NCBI GenBank assembly: GCA_965223705.1
Contig: OZ245015.1
Location: forward strand, 544,001-608,000
DNA from: Myxococcota bacterium
GTDB lineage: Bacteria; Myxococcota_A; UBA9160; UBA6930
Reading direction: 5' to 3'
DNA: 64,000 nt
In this document: positions 20,144-30,092 of the stretch, piece by piece
Numbering within the stretch: position 1 is the stretch's first letter
How the letters are laid out: each line of letters opens with the position of its first letter
Translations under genes and position numbers: made by a program
The notes under the pieces: generated by a model
What the model saw: the letters and a program-made list of their open reading frames with translations, nothing else
Databases searched by the model: none
What the model was told of the DNA's origin: nothing

Positions 20144-21095
20144 CGCGACGCTGCGCCGTCATCCACAACGTGTCGCACACAAAGTTGCGGCAGAGATCCT
20201 TCGCGTACGCTTCGCGAGTCTCCCGCCCGATCAGATCATCGAGCCACCCTTCGCCTCCGGGCTCGCCGCGCGTCGCCCAATGGAGGTGATTTCCAATGGA
20301 GTAGCGCTGCAGCGGCTCGACTTTGGCGGCAAATCCGGCGCGGTGTGCGGTGTCGAGGAGCGTATTCTTCGAAAAGTAGACGCGATGAGCGGGGTGCCAG
20401 TAGAAGCGCTGAAACGGCTCGATCTCATAGACCGACAGGAGTGCGTCGTCGACATTGGGGACTTCGACGGCGAGCGCACCACCGGTTTCCAGTCGCGTGG
20501 CGAGGCCGAGGAGAAACTGAACCGGATTCGAGACGTGTTCCAAGACGTGGAACAGGACGATCAAATCGAAACGTTCTTGCCGAAGGTCATCGAGTTCGCG
20601 GACGCATGTGAGCCCGCGTCCGCGTGCGTAGCGCCGCTGTGCGTCGTCGAGCTCAACCCCGGCGATTCCGCGAACGTCTTTTCGCGGAGCGACTTCTTCG
20701 AGAAAGTAGCCGGTCGCGGAACCGACCTCGAGCACGGTCCCCCGGAGCAAACCCGCGCGGTCGAGCTGTTCCGCTCGACGCTTTGCTTCGCGCTTGCCGA
20801 GCTCGTGAAATTGATCGAGGTCGTAGTGTTTCCCGTGGTAGAGGGCGCGGTAACTCGAGCGGTAGAACCGCGCTTCATCTTTCTCCGAGAAGGGAGGGTG
20901 GAGGTAGACGAGGTCACATCGCCGACACTTGTAGGGGAACATGTTGAACCGACGTTCCCAACCGGAGCGAATGGACGCGGAAAGCTTGTCGGCGCGGTAG
21001 GAGCCGCACGTCGGGCATACCGCGGGCGTCGTCGCGCGGCGTGTGACCCGCTTCCTCGGGGTCTCCTCGGGTCGTCGATCAGCGGTGGTGGGCAA
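20136..21095 (-). CDS. Class I SAM-dependent methyltransferase with N-terminal Cys pairs
   Basis: CPTC..CRRC, VLEVGSATGYFL, FDLIVLFHVLEHV, VEVPN; start uncertain. Confidence 0.88.
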   Translation of the reverse strand: MPTTADRRPEETPRKRVTRRATTPAVCPTCGSYRADKLSASIRSGWERRFNMFPYKCRRCDLVYLHPPFSEKDEARFYRSSYRALYHGKHYDLDQFHELGKREAKRRAEQLDRAGLLRGTVLEVGSATGYFLEEVAPRKDVRGIAGVELDDAQRRYARGRGLTCVRELDDLRQERFDLIVLFHVLEHVSNPVQFLLGLATRLETGGALAVEVPNVDDALLSVYEIEPFQRFYWHPAHRVYFSKNTLLDTAHRAGFAAKVEPLQRYSIGNHLHWATRGEPGGEGWLDDLIGRETREAYAKDLCRNFVCDTLWMTAQRRDV

Positions 21096-22020
21096 GCGGT
21101 GACCTCAGGTGCGGGGCGGGCGTCGGTCGCGGCCTGCGGACTCCATGGTCTCGCTCCGAGGGATGGACGTAACGGAGCTTGTCTCTCGCCGCGCGCTCCG
21201 TATCGTTGACGCGAACCGTGCCATCCCCGCGTACCGCTTCCGCGCTCCGCACGAAACGAACGAGCTTGATCAGCCCGACAGGTTCGACCGAAGAGCGTTG
21301 ATCCGATCCATAGAGGCGGCGATCCAAGGTGATGTGTCGCTCGATGGCGACGGCGCCCAGGCTGACCGCGACCAGCGTGGGTACAAGACCGAACTCGTGA
21401 CCGCTGTAGCCCACGGGACAGTCGTAGCGCTGTCGTAGCGTCGTGATGCAGTCGAGGTCGAGCTCTTCCGTCGGGGCCGGGTAGGAGGAGTGGCAATGCA
21501 TCACGACGAACGGGGATCCGCCGTCGCGGAGTACGCTCACAGCGTCGTCGATTTCGGGCAGGGTGCTCATCCCGGTGCTCAGGTAGGTCGTGATGCCGGT
21601 CTTCGACGCTGCGCGCAACAGCGCGGTGTGGGTCAACATCGCGGAGGGAATCTTCAACGACTGCGGCTCGTACCGAAGTGCGAATTCCAGACTGGGAAGA
21701 TCCCACACGGACAGAAACCACTCGATTCCCTGTGCCTGGCAGTAGCGATCGATCTCGTCGAATTCTCCTCGCCCGAACTCCAAGCGATGCCGGTAGTCGA
21801 GGTACGTCATTTCGCCCCACGGTGTTTCCCGTCGGGTGTTTTGCATCGAGGGGGGCACGCAGAGTTCCGGCGTGCGCTTCTGGAACTTTACGGCGTCGAC
21901 GCCCGCCACCTTGGCGACGTCGATCAACTGCTTGGCTGCTTCCAAGCTCCCGTTGTGGTTGATTCCGATCTCTGCGATGACCGTCGTGGCATGCGACTTG
22001 TCAACGTTGGCTGTACGCAA
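21079..22020 (-). CDS. neuB: N-acetylneuraminate synthase family (NeuB-like)
   Basis: IAEIGINHNG, AVKFQKR, KIPSA, STGMS, HCHSSYP, VGYSGHE, IERHITLDR. Confidence 0.9.
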   Translation of the reverse strand: MRTANVDKSHATTVIAEIGINHNGSLEAAKQLIDVAKVAGVDAVKFQKRTPELCVPPSMQNTRRETPWGEMTYLDYRHRLEFGRGEFDEIDRYCQAQGIEWFLSVWDLPSLEFALRYEPQSLKIPSAMLTHTALLRAASKTGITTYLSTGMSTLPEIDDAVSVLRDGGSPFVVMHCHSSYPAPTEELDLDCITTLRQRYDCPVGYSGHEFGLVPTLVAVSLGAVAIERHITLDRRLYGSDQRSSVEPVGLIKLVRFVRSAEAVRGDGTVRVNDTERAARDKLRYVHPSERDHGVRRPRPTPAPHLRSPLAHHR

Positions 22021-23185
22021 CTTGAGTCTCCCGGAGCGGAATGCCGCTCGCCTGCGCGACTCGGAGCACGTCGCGGTTGAGTTGATCGAACTCCTTCAAA
22101 AGTGCACGTCGGTTCTGCGCCAACGCCGCGGCGAGCGGGCGGTTGTCGATCAGACCATGCAACTTCATCGCAAGTTCGGATGGAGAAAGGGCGCCGCTCC
22201 AGATTTGCTCCGGAGAGACGGAGAGCCTCATCAAGCTCTGGTCCTTCAGAAAGAAGTCGGTCTTTGCGTGGGTCGAGAGCGCCACGAAAGGCTTACCGAG
22301 CCCGAACGGGATCATGCACGCGTGACCGCGCATCCCGACGACGAGATCGCAGGCGGCGTAGGCGCCGACGAACGCGCGGGAGGATTCGGCGCGCGCCGGA
22401 AATACCGAAGGCGTGAGCTCTGGGAGTCGGTAGACGTGATCGCTTCCGATGATCTGAGAAATGAGTGCGTCGTAACGCTCGTCAATCGTCCGCAGATGCG
22501 GGATCAGCAGGACGCGCGCTCCGTGGTTCCGACACAACTCGCGAAGCGCGAGGGCCACGCGCTCGACGCATGTCGCTTCCAGCTCGAGGTGCGGTTCCGG
22601 GTAGCGGTGTCGCGGGCGATCCCCACTGAAGTTCCACCCGATGAGCGGCCCGTCGCCGGGAATCTCACTCGCCTCGGACCAGTTGTTCCAAGGCGCGAAA
22701 ATGCCGGCGTCGGGGACCACACGGATGCGACCCGGCGAAAGTCCCAAGGAAGCGAGCGCCGAACGAGAGCCCGTATTCCGGACCGAGAAGATCGCCGCGC
22801 GATCCTGGACTTCGCACAGATGCGCGGCCAACCGCGCGGTGTCCGAGTTGCGATCGTAGGGAAAGCGGTTGTAGCCCACGCCGTAGACCGCGATCGGCAC
22901 GCGAATTCGTCGGAGGTCCTCCTGGCGAATGTTCCACTGCCATCCCGAGACGCTGCGGTCTTCCGGGCGATGAAACACCAGACCGCCGCCACCGATGAGG
23001 AGCAGGTCCGCAGTGTCGTTCAGCTCTTCGATCTTCTTGCGGTCGTAACACGTCTTCTGACTGTCGACGGAAGTGAACGAGACCTTGCGGCGCGTCGTTC
23101 GCGAGAGGTGGTGTTGAATGGATTCGTGGAGGACCCAATCCCCCAGATTGCGGTTCCATGCACCGTGGTGCCAGATTCGGGTCAC
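22001..23185 (-). CDS. Polysaccharide pyruvyl transferase family protein
   Basis: NRNLGD, LIGGGGL, GVG, FSVRNTGS, VPDAG, VVGMRGH. Confidence 0.8.
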   Translation of the reverse strand: MTRIWHHGAWNRNLGDWVLHESIQHHLSRTTRRKVSFTSVDSQKTCYDRKKIEELNDTADLLLIGGGGLVFHRPEDRSVSGWQWNIRQEDLRRIRVPIAVYGVGYNRFPYDRNSDTARLAAHLCEVQDRAAIFSVRNTGSRSALASLGLSPGRIRVVPDAGIFAPWNNWSEASEIPGDGPLIGWNFSGDRPRHRYPEPHLELEATCVERVALALRELCRNHGARVLLIPHLRTIDERYDALISQIIGSDHVYRLPELTPSVFPARAESSRAFVGAYAACDLVVGMRGHACMIPFGLGKPFVALSTHAKTDFFLKDQSLMRLSVSPEQIWSGALSPSELAMKLHGLIDNRPLAAALAQNRRALLKEFDQLNRDVLRVAQASGIPLRETQVAYSQR

Positions 23186-23895
23186 TTGGTTGCTCCTCGA
23201 GATCGCGATCCCAGGCCTCGCAACAGTGTTTCAGCGAGTTCGAGATCGGCTTCCGTGTCGACGTCGACCGAGTTCGCAGCGGACATCGCGTAGGCGAGCG
23301 GCTCTCCGTAGTGAAAGCTCCGATGCTCGATGAGCTCCGCCGAGGGTGCGCAGTAGACACTTCCGTTCAAGGCGTAGAGAGCGGGCGCGGCGTCCGATTG
23401 GAAATTGCGCGGCACCTTGTCGGCGATGGGACGAAGCGCGCCGTCTTCGTCGATCACGCGCAGATGGAGGAGGTTTTTTCCGAGTGGTGTCACGGAAACG
23501 ACGTTGTGGTGATGCCGTGTCGACAGCGACACGACGTCCTCGATCGCTTTCACACCGCGGAGAGGCGAGGTCGGCAACAGCATCGCGCAGTGCGAGAAGC
23601 GGGAGGCACCCCCCAACGCTTGGAGCAGGTCGATCACCGGGACGGAAGCGTGCACATCGTCGCGACTGTGTCGAGCATCTCGCAGAGCCGGCACGTCTGC
23701 GCCCTCCGCCGTGCAGAGTTCGGCGATCTCCGGACAGTCCGTGGAAACCGCGACATGGACGATGCCGTCGGCGGCGAGGGCCGCTCGGACCGAGTGGAGG
23801 ACCAAGGGCACGCCGGCGAGGGGTCTCAGATTTTTCCTCGACAACCGGCGGGAACGCCGCTTGGCCGGTATCACGCATAGAACTGAGGCCGTCAT
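23182..23895 (-). CDS. neuA: Acylneuraminate cytidylyltransferase family (NeuA-like)
   Basis: VIPAKRRSRRLSRKNLRPLAG, VSTD, LLPTSPLR, NGSVY, SVDVDTEADL; ATG at 23895. Confidence 0.88.
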   Translation of the reverse strand: MTASVLCVIPAKRRSRRLSRKNLRPLAGVPLVLHSVRAALAADGIVHVAVSTDCPEIAELCTAEGADVPALRDARHSRDDVHASVPVIDLLQALGGASRFSHCAMLLPTSPLRGVKAIEDVVSLSTRHHHNVVSVTPLGKNLLHLRVIDEDGALRPIADKVPRNFQSDAAPALYALNGSVYCAPSAELIEHRSFHYGEPLAYAMSAANSVDVDTEADLELAETLLRGLGSRSRGATK

Positions 23896-24059
23896 GTCGA
23901 TTCCGTTCCCACTGGAGACTTCTCGCCTCATCGGAGTGGGAACGCGCACACTTGACGATGAATTGCATGCGCACGCGGCGGAGCTACGGGCGCAACTGCG
24001 CCGGTGCAAAAAGGCCTCGCTTAGCGCCACCTGGCGCTTTGGGTCAGGCTTTCACCTGA

Positions 24060-24914
24060 ATGGAAAGCGGGCTGATCGATCGGGTGGTTTGGATCACGGG
24101 CGCCTCCGGCGGGATCGGGCGGGCGACCGCCCGCCGCTTTGCAGGGGAAGGCGCGAGGTTGCTGCTGCAGGCGGGGCAACGACTCGGGGTGGTCGAGCAG
24201 TTCGCCGAGACCTTGGGGCTCGGCGACCGCTGCCTCTGCGTTCGAGGCGACGTGCGCGATCCAGAGGCGCTCGCGTCTTCGGTCGACGCGGGCGTGCGGC
24301 ACTTCGGCGGCATCGACATCACCGTCGTCAACGCGGGAATCTGGCCGCCGGAAGATCGGCCGCTTCACAAGATGCCTGCCGAGCGCTTGCGGGAGGTGAT
24401 CGACGTCAATCAAGTCGGAGCGCTCCTCACGGCGCGCGCATTTCTCCGTCAGCTCTCCGCCCGGACCGAACGGACGCCCGGCGCAAGTATGTGTCTCGTC
24501 GGATCGACAGCGGGACGTTTCGGGGAACGGGGCCACGTCGCGTACGCGGCTACGAAGTCCGCACTCTACGGTTCGCTCCACACCTTGAAGAACGAGATCG
24601 TGACCCTCGATCCGGAGGGACGCGTCAACTTGGTCGAGCCGGGCTGGACGCACACTGAAATGACGGAAGCCACCCTCGCGGATAGCACCATGATCCGCCG
24701 GGCACTCCGGACCATGCCGATCCGGCGCATCGCTCACGCCGAAGACATTGCGAATGCCATCGTGTTCTTCTCGTCGCCACGGCTCGCAAGGCATTTGACC
24801 GGCCAGACGCTGACCGTCGCGGGTGGTATGGAGGGTCGGATCCTTTGGGACGAAGACGACATCGATCCCGAGGCGGTGCGGCGTGATCTCGAAGTTCGGC
24901 CCGGCGACCGCTAG
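24060..24914 (+). CDS. SDR family oxidoreductase
   Basis: TGASGGIG, NAG, YAATK, VNLVEPGW. Confidence 0.9.
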   Translation: MESGLIDRVVWITGASGGIGRATARRFAGEGARLLLQAGQRLGVVEQFAETLGLGDRCLCVRGDVRDPEALASSVDAGVRHFGGIDITVVNAGIWPPEDRPLHKMPAERLREVIDVNQVGALLTARAFLRQLSARTERTPGASMCLVGSTAGRFGERGHVAYAATKSALYGSLHTLKNEIVTLDPEGRVNLVEPGWTHTEMTEATLADSTMIRRALRTMPIRRIAHAEDIANAIVFFSSPRLARHLTGQTLTVAGGMEGRILWDEDDIDPEAVRRDLEVRPGDR

Positions 24915-24934
24915 CCTTAGGAGGAGGCCGCGCC

Positions 24935-25786
24935 ATGAATGAGCCCAACGCGAGTGAGCCGCAAACCGGGGACGCGAAGCCGCGAGAGCCCGTGCTCTTC
25001 ATTCGAAGCGCCCACTCCGAGCCGGTGATCGTCGAAACCGCGGCCGGTCGAGCGGCTGTCTACTCGCGGCCCGCCCCGTATCCCGAGCGCGTCAACGAAG
25101 ACGCCGCCGTGCTGATTCCTCTTTCGGAGAGCGACGGGCTCCTCGTCGTCGCCGACGGTGTCGGTGGCGCTCGAGACGGCGCGCGCGCTTCGCGCCGCGT
25201 TGTCGAGCGACTCGCGGGCGCGTTCAGTGAGCTCGACTTTCGTACGGATCTGGCGGTGCGGAGCATGACCCTCGATGCCGTCGAAGAAACGAATCGAGAG
25301 CTCCTCGAGGCGGGTTCCGGGTCGACGACGATCGCCATCGCCGAACTCCGCGAGGGGCAGGTGCGCTCCTACCACGTGGGCGATTCCGAGATCTGGTTGA
25401 TCGGAGGGGGCGGAAAGGTTCGCTGGCGGACCACGTCCCATTCGCCCACCGGCTACGCCGTCGAAGCAGGGCTCATGGGGGAATCGGAAGCGCTCGGTCA
25501 TCACGAGCGGCACCTGATCTCGAACGCCGTCGGAGCTTCGGACATGCGGGTCGAAATCGGGTCGTTTCGGGCGCTCCGTCCGCGCGATACGTTGCTCGCC
25601 GCCACCGATGGATTGTTCGATAACTTGCAGAGCGAACAAATCGTCGAACTCGTCCGGAAGGGGCCACTCGAGCGAGCGGCGAGCGACCTCGCCGCGGCGG
25701 CCGTAGCTCGGATGGATGATTCCGAAAGCGCAACTCCGGGGAAACCCGATGATCTGACGTTCGTGCTCTACCGACCCAATCGCTAG
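24935..25786 (+). CDS. PP2C-family Ser/Thr protein phosphatase
   Basis: NEDA, VVADGVGG, GSTT, HVGDS, ATDGLFDN, GKPDDLT. Confidence 0.9.
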   Translation: MNEPNASEPQTGDAKPREPVLFIRSAHSEPVIVETAAGRAAVYSRPAPYPERVNEDAAVLIPLSESDGLLVVADGVGGARDGARASRRVVERLAGAFSELDFRTDLAVRSMTLDAVEETNRELLEAGSGSTTIAIAELREGQVRSYHVGDSEIWLIGGGGKVRWRTTSHSPTGYAVEAGLMGESEALGHHERHLISNAVGASDMRVEIGSFRALRPRDTLLAATDGLFDNLQSEQIVELVRKGPLERAASDLAAAAVARMDDSESATPGKPDDLTFVLYRPNR

Positions 25787-25794
25787 CCCGACCT

Positions 25795-27123
25795 ATGCGA
25801 CGCGGAAAACGCCTCGGGAAATACCGTCTCGAACGACGGATCGGTTCTGGAAGCTTCGCCGAAGTGTGGAAGGCTCGAGATACCATCGAGCAGCGGGATG
25901 TCGCGCTCAAGATCGCGACGCCTGGGGTCATCGACCTTCATGGCAAGAAGGAAGTCGAGCACGAAGCGCGCATCGCGTCGAAGCTCACACATCCCAATAT
26001 CGTTTCGGTTCGCAACGCGGACTGGATTGAGGGACATTTCGTCCTGGCGACCGATCTCGCGGAGAAGAACCTCGCTCAATACGCAGGGGCGAAACGTTCC
26101 GAATCCGTCGCCCTGCGCGTCATTCGCGACGTCGCTGCGGGGTTGGCCCACGCTCACGACCACCGTGTCCTTCACCGAGATATCAAGCCCGAGAACGTAT
26201 TGATCTTCAAAGACCGTCGGGCGGCGCTCGGGGATTTCGGTGTCGCGCGTTTCGCGAAAGGTCCTACGCGAGTGTTCACCGAAGCTGGAACGCTGGGCTA
26301 CATGGCGCCGGAACAGGCCTACGGACGGCCGACCTACGCTTCGGATGTCTTCTCGCTCGCGCTGGTCGGTTATGAGATTCTCGCGGGTGAGCTTCCGTCG
26401 TGGCCCTTCGAGGCGCCGCTCGCCGGGCACCGGCGATTCGAATCGCGGACGCCGCCCGCGATCGCGCGCATCATCCGCCGCTCGATTCGACTCGACGCGA
26501 ACCGCCGCCCTGAAAACGGCCACCTGTTCTTCCGCGACTTCGAGAAAGCGCTCGTTCGGGCGGAGTCAAAGCCGACTCCCCGTCGGCGCAAGAGCCCGGG
26601 GCCCCGCGCGTCCACGCCGTTTGAAGTCGAAGCGCAGCTGTTCTTGCGTCGGTATCAACGATCCTTGGGTCTGGCGTACGACTGCTATCGCTGCGGTGGC
26701 CCGATCTCCGAAGCGATGAGCTACTGCCCCTGGTGCCGGACCCACGACAACTCGCTGATCGACGTGACTCAGTATCCGATTGTCTGTCCGGAATGTGAGC
26801 ACGGAGTGCGACCGGAATGGACAGCGTGTCCCTGGTGCTTCCGCGGAAGTTTCCAAGGCAACGGGAAGAAGCCGCGCCCCGATCCACGAGCCGAGAGGAC
26901 GTGCTCAAGGCGCGGGTGCGAAGGCGAGCTGCGAACGTTCATGAAGTACTGTCCGCTGTGCAAGGAGCGACCGCGGCGTCCTTGGAGCCATCCGGATCTG
27001 CCCGACCGTTGTATGCACTGTCGCTGGCCGATCAATCGGCTGTTTTGGCGCCACTGCCCTTGGTGTGGGAGAGGGACGGGCAGGCCCACGGGCCCGGCCA
27101 ATACCCGACGCGCAAGTCGCTAG
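25795..27123 (+). CDS. Hanks-type Ser/Thr kinase with four C-terminal zinc-ribbon motifs
   Basis: IGSGSFAEVWKA, VALK, HRDIKPEN, DFG, GTLGYMAPE, SDVFS; four Cys-pair/CPxC motifs at the C-terminus. Confidence 0.92.
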   Translation: MRRGKRLGKYRLERRIGSGSFAEVWKARDTIEQRDVALKIATPGVIDLHGKKEVEHEARIASKLTHPNIVSVRNADWIEGHFVLATDLAEKNLAQYAGAKRSESVALRVIRDVAAGLAHAHDHRVLHRDIKPENVLIFKDRRAALGDFGVARFAKGPTRVFTEAGTLGYMAPEQAYGRPTYASDVFSLALVGYEILAGELPSWPFEAPLAGHRRFESRTPPAIARIIRRSIRLDANRRPENGHLFFRDFEKALVRAESKPTPRRRKSPGPRASTPFEVEAQLFLRRYQRSLGLAYDCYRCGGPISEAMSYCPWCRTHDNSLIDVTQYPIVCPECEHGVRPEWTACPWCFRGSFQGNGKKPRPDPRAERTCSRRGCEGELRTFMKYCPLCKERPRRPWSHPDLPDRCMHCRWPINRLFWRHCPWCGRGTGRPTGPANTRRASR

Positions 27124-27132
27124 GAGAGGGTG

Positions 27133-27615
27133 ATGGATAAGTACGTCGTCAAACGCGCAGAAATCGACGCGATGGAAGGGCTCCGCAAAGCGCACTACTT
27201 GAACCCCGACGCGCAGCGCATCAATAAATCCCTGGGAGACATGGTCGGACTCACCGGGTTCGGTTTTCACATCATCGACGTTCCGCCCGGAAAAGAGTCG
27301 ACCGAGTACCACGTCCATCACTTTGAAGACGAATGCGCGTACGTGCTGTCCGGTACGGGCCGCGTCACCATCGGAGAGGAAGAAATCGACATCGGCGAGG
27401 GCGATTTCATCGGCTACCGGAAGTCCGGGAAACCGCACACCATGCGAAACACCGGAGACGATGTCCTCCGCTGCATCGTCGTCGGAGAGCGCCTTCCTCA
27501 CGACGTCGGCGACTACCCGCGTCTACACAAGCGCTTGTACCGGAGCCCGGGCCGACCCTGGGATCTTGTGGATCACGACGCGATCGCGAACCCGGAGGCC
27601 GGCCGGAAGGCCTAG
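27133..27615 (+). CDS. Cupin domain protein
   Basis: PGKESTEYHVHHFEDECAYVLSG, GDFIGY, PHTMRN. Confidence 0.85.
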   Translation: MDKYVVKRAEIDAMEGLRKAHYLNPDAQRINKSLGDMVGLTGFGFHIIDVPPGKESTEYHVHHFEDECAYVLSGTGRVTIGEEEIDIGEGDFIGYRKSGKPHTMRNTGDDVLRCIVVGERLPHDVGDYPRLHKRLYRSPGRPWDLVDHDAIANPEAGRKA

Positions 27616-28763
27616 CCCGACAGGCTCATCATCCTGGCGAAGTTGCCGGCGTAGAACCTCTCCTGCGCGGTGTCGCTCTGCGCCTCGATCATGGCGGAAA
27701 ACCGCCCGAGCGGATCGCGTCCGCCTTCGATGTGGGGATAGTCCGAAGAGAACATGTAGAGCTCGTCCGACGACTCGCGGATCAGCCGACCGACGTCTTC
27801 GAACGGGTACGGTGTGAACGCCAGCTGTTCGCGGATTTGTGCCGACGGCAGTCGACCCATCTCCCGAAGCTCTGGCTCGGAACGGCGCCACAACGAGACA
27901 ATGTTGTCCAAGCGTCGCATCAACGACGGGACCCAATCCGCGCCGAGTTCGATCGCGCCGCCGCGGAGTTTCGGGAACCGCTCGAGAACGCCGTCGAGGA
28001 TGAGTGTCGACAGAAAAGCTTCCGCGTCGTGGTGCAGCGTGGCCATGTCCTTGCCGCGAATGTTCTCTCCGCCGCCGAGCCAGTCCGCCGGCACCTCGCG
28101 ACCGTTGTCCATGTACTCGGAGCGGATCTTGAGCGCCGAACCGCCGACGTGGAGCAAGAAAGGCACCGCGGCGTCAGACAACGCCGCCCACACGGGATCG
28201 AGGTCGCTGTGTCCGGGTGACCGGTTGCCCGCCGGGAGGGACGGCACCCAGAATGCGTCGAGCCCCTCACGGAGAGCAGCGTCGATTTCCTTCAGTGCGC
28301 GTTCCGTATCCGCAAGCGAGACGACCCCCACTCCGAGAAGGCGCGGATCGTCGGCGCAGAACGCCGCCATCGCGCGGTTCGCGGCGCGAACGCCGGCGTA
28401 GACCAGCTCGAGGTCGTCGCCGAGCGCGTAGGTTTGGAACGAGAACGTCGGGAAGACGAGCTGTTTTTCGAAGCCCAAGCGGTCAAGCGCCCGGGAGCGC
28501 TCGCTCGAATTGAAGGAGCCGAGTGCGCCCCAGCCTTTCGGCCCACCGATGACGTTCTTCTCGAGCTCCCTCGCGACGTCCGGGACGTGTGCGCGCCGAT
28601 CGCCGAGGGCCTGCAGGTCCTCCGCCATCTTTCCGGCGGCCGCCAGGTCGATCTCGGGAAGGCGCTCCCGGTATTTAGGATCGGCAAATTCGAGCGCCCA
28701 GTCGGGGAACTCCATGATGTGACTGTCGGCGTCGTAGAATGTTCGGCCACTGGCGTAGGGCAT
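27612..28763 (-). CDS. Amidohydrolase family (amidohydro_2) protein
   Basis: DADSHIME, LLHVG, GVLERFPKLR..IELG, FSSDYPHIEG. Confidence 0.9.
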   Translation of the reverse strand: MPYASGRTFYDADSHIMEFPDWALEFADPKYRERLPEIDLAAAGKMAEDLQALGDRRAHVPDVARELEKNVIGGPKGWGALGSFNSSERSRALDRLGFEKQLVFPTFSFQTYALGDDLELVYAGVRAANRAMAAFCADDPRLLGVGVVSLADTERALKEIDAALREGLDAFWVPSLPAGNRSPGHSDLDPVWAALSDAAVPFLLHVGGSALKIRSEYMDNGREVPADWLGGGENIRGKDMATLHHDAEAFLSTLILDGVLERFPKLRGGAIELGADWVPSLMRRLDNIVSLWRRSEPELREMGRLPSAQIREQLAFTPYPFEDVGRLIRESSDELYMFSSDYPHIEGGRDPLGRFSAMIEAQSDTAQERFYAGNFARMMSLSG

Positions 28764-28805
28764 CGGCGGTCTCCCGTTGACACGTAAGAGGATAGCCCGT
28801 GCGCG

Positions 28806-29615
28806 CTAGCGATCGACGTCGTTGAGAGACCAGTCGTAGCGGTGGTCGTCGACGGAGCGACGCCCCTGCAGCCGCGTTTTCAGTTTGGGTTTCGCGTACT
28901 GGCGAAGGTGCGCCAGCACACCGGCGTCGTTTCCTCCAAAATCTTCCTCGAACCAGCGATAGATGCTCGAAACCACGAGCTCTCCGTCGACGATGGCCGC
29001 CCCGCGCGGGTGGTTGACGTACGCGCGGGCTGCATCGTCGAGTAGGCCTTCAGCGTTCTCGGCGGTGAACGCATCGATCTGCAAGTTCGGGCACCCGAGC
29101 GATGCGCAGTTCACCGCGTAGTGAACCCGGGGATCCCGCCATACCGGGCGCAGGATGCGGTGTTCGATGTCGTCGAGGGTGATCTCCTGCCCATCGACGG
29201 TTATCCACGCTTTTTTCCACGGTCCACGGTGGAGCCAGTTCGGCCGAATATCGCGGATCGAGTCAACCGGGTAATGATCGAGAATCACCTTCACGGTGAG
29301 GGCGTTGTACAGATTGATCCAATAGGCGCGCTGCTCGTTTCGGTTGAGCTGCGTCGGGGCGACGGCGCGGAGCGATTCGAGATAGGTCGCCAGGTTGCGG
29401 CGGTCGTCGCCGGTGACCTCGCCATAACGCACCCGATGAATCCCGGTCGCGTCGGCGACGACATAGCGTTTCAGAAACGCGTCCCACACATCGTGAGAAA
29501 TGCGCACCGTCGAGTCTGCACGATGCGGCTCGAATCGTTCCCAGGGCTCGGCTCCGGCCCAGCCCGCGGTGGTGACACCGAGAAGCAGTATGACGAAGCG
29601 AATGGCGCGACTCAT
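28806..29615 (-). CDS. DUF547 family exported protein
   Basis: Signal peptide; AYWINLYNALT, TLDDIEHRILR, DPRVHYAVNCASLGCP, YDWSLN. Confidence 0.88.
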   Translation of the reverse strand: MSRAIRFVILLLGVTTAGWAGAEPWERFEPHRADSTVRISHDVWDAFLKRYVVADATGIHRVRYGEVTGDDRRNLATYLESLRAVAPTQLNRNEQRAYWINLYNALTVKVILDHYPVDSIRDIRPNWLHRGPWKKAWITVDGQEITLDDIEHRILRPVWRDPRVHYAVNCASLGCPNLQIDAFTAENAEGLLDDAARAYVNHPRGAAIVDGELVVSSIYRWFEEDFGGNDAGVLAHLRQYAKPKLKTRLQGRRSVDDHRYDWSLNDVDR

Positions 29616-29670
29616 CGGTCTCCTCGATCGTACTACGTCGGAACGCCCCGAAGCGTTACGCTCCGTTCCC

Positions 29671-30063
29671 ATGTTGCACGTCAAATCGATCCACGAAACG
29701 TCCGACGTGCGAGACGGTCTCAGAATTCTCGCGACCCGATTTCGAGGCAGAGGGCTGTCCAAGGATCGCTACGACGTCTGGATGGCGAACTTGGGCCCGA
29801 GCGAAGTCCTGCTTCGCGATTTCCTCGAAGAGCGTGTGACCTGGGCGGAATTCGGCCGCCGCTACCGGACGGAGCTCTTCGCGCCAGCGGAGGTCGATTC
29901 TCGGAACCGGACGATTCGGAACCACGGTCAAAAATTTACGCTCCGCCTGATCAAAGAACTTTCGGCTTCCGGTGACGTGACGTTGTTGTGCCACTGCGCC
30001 GCGGATGTGACGCGGTGTCACCGCCACCTCTTGAAACGCGTGATCGAAAGCCGGCGGGTCTGA
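29671..30063 (+). CDS. DUF488 (YeaO-like) protein
   Basis: DGLRILATRFRGRGLSK, WMANLGPS, VTLLCHC..CHRHLL. Confidence 0.8.
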   Translation: MLHVKSIHETSDVRDGLRILATRFRGRGLSKDRYDVWMANLGPSEVLLRDFLEERVTWAEFGRRYRTELFAPAEVDSRNRTIRNHGQKFTLRLIKELSASGDVTLLCHCAADVTRCHRHLLKRVIESRRV

Positions 30064-30092
30064 TACGCTTGTCGACAACCGAGGTGACTCCT

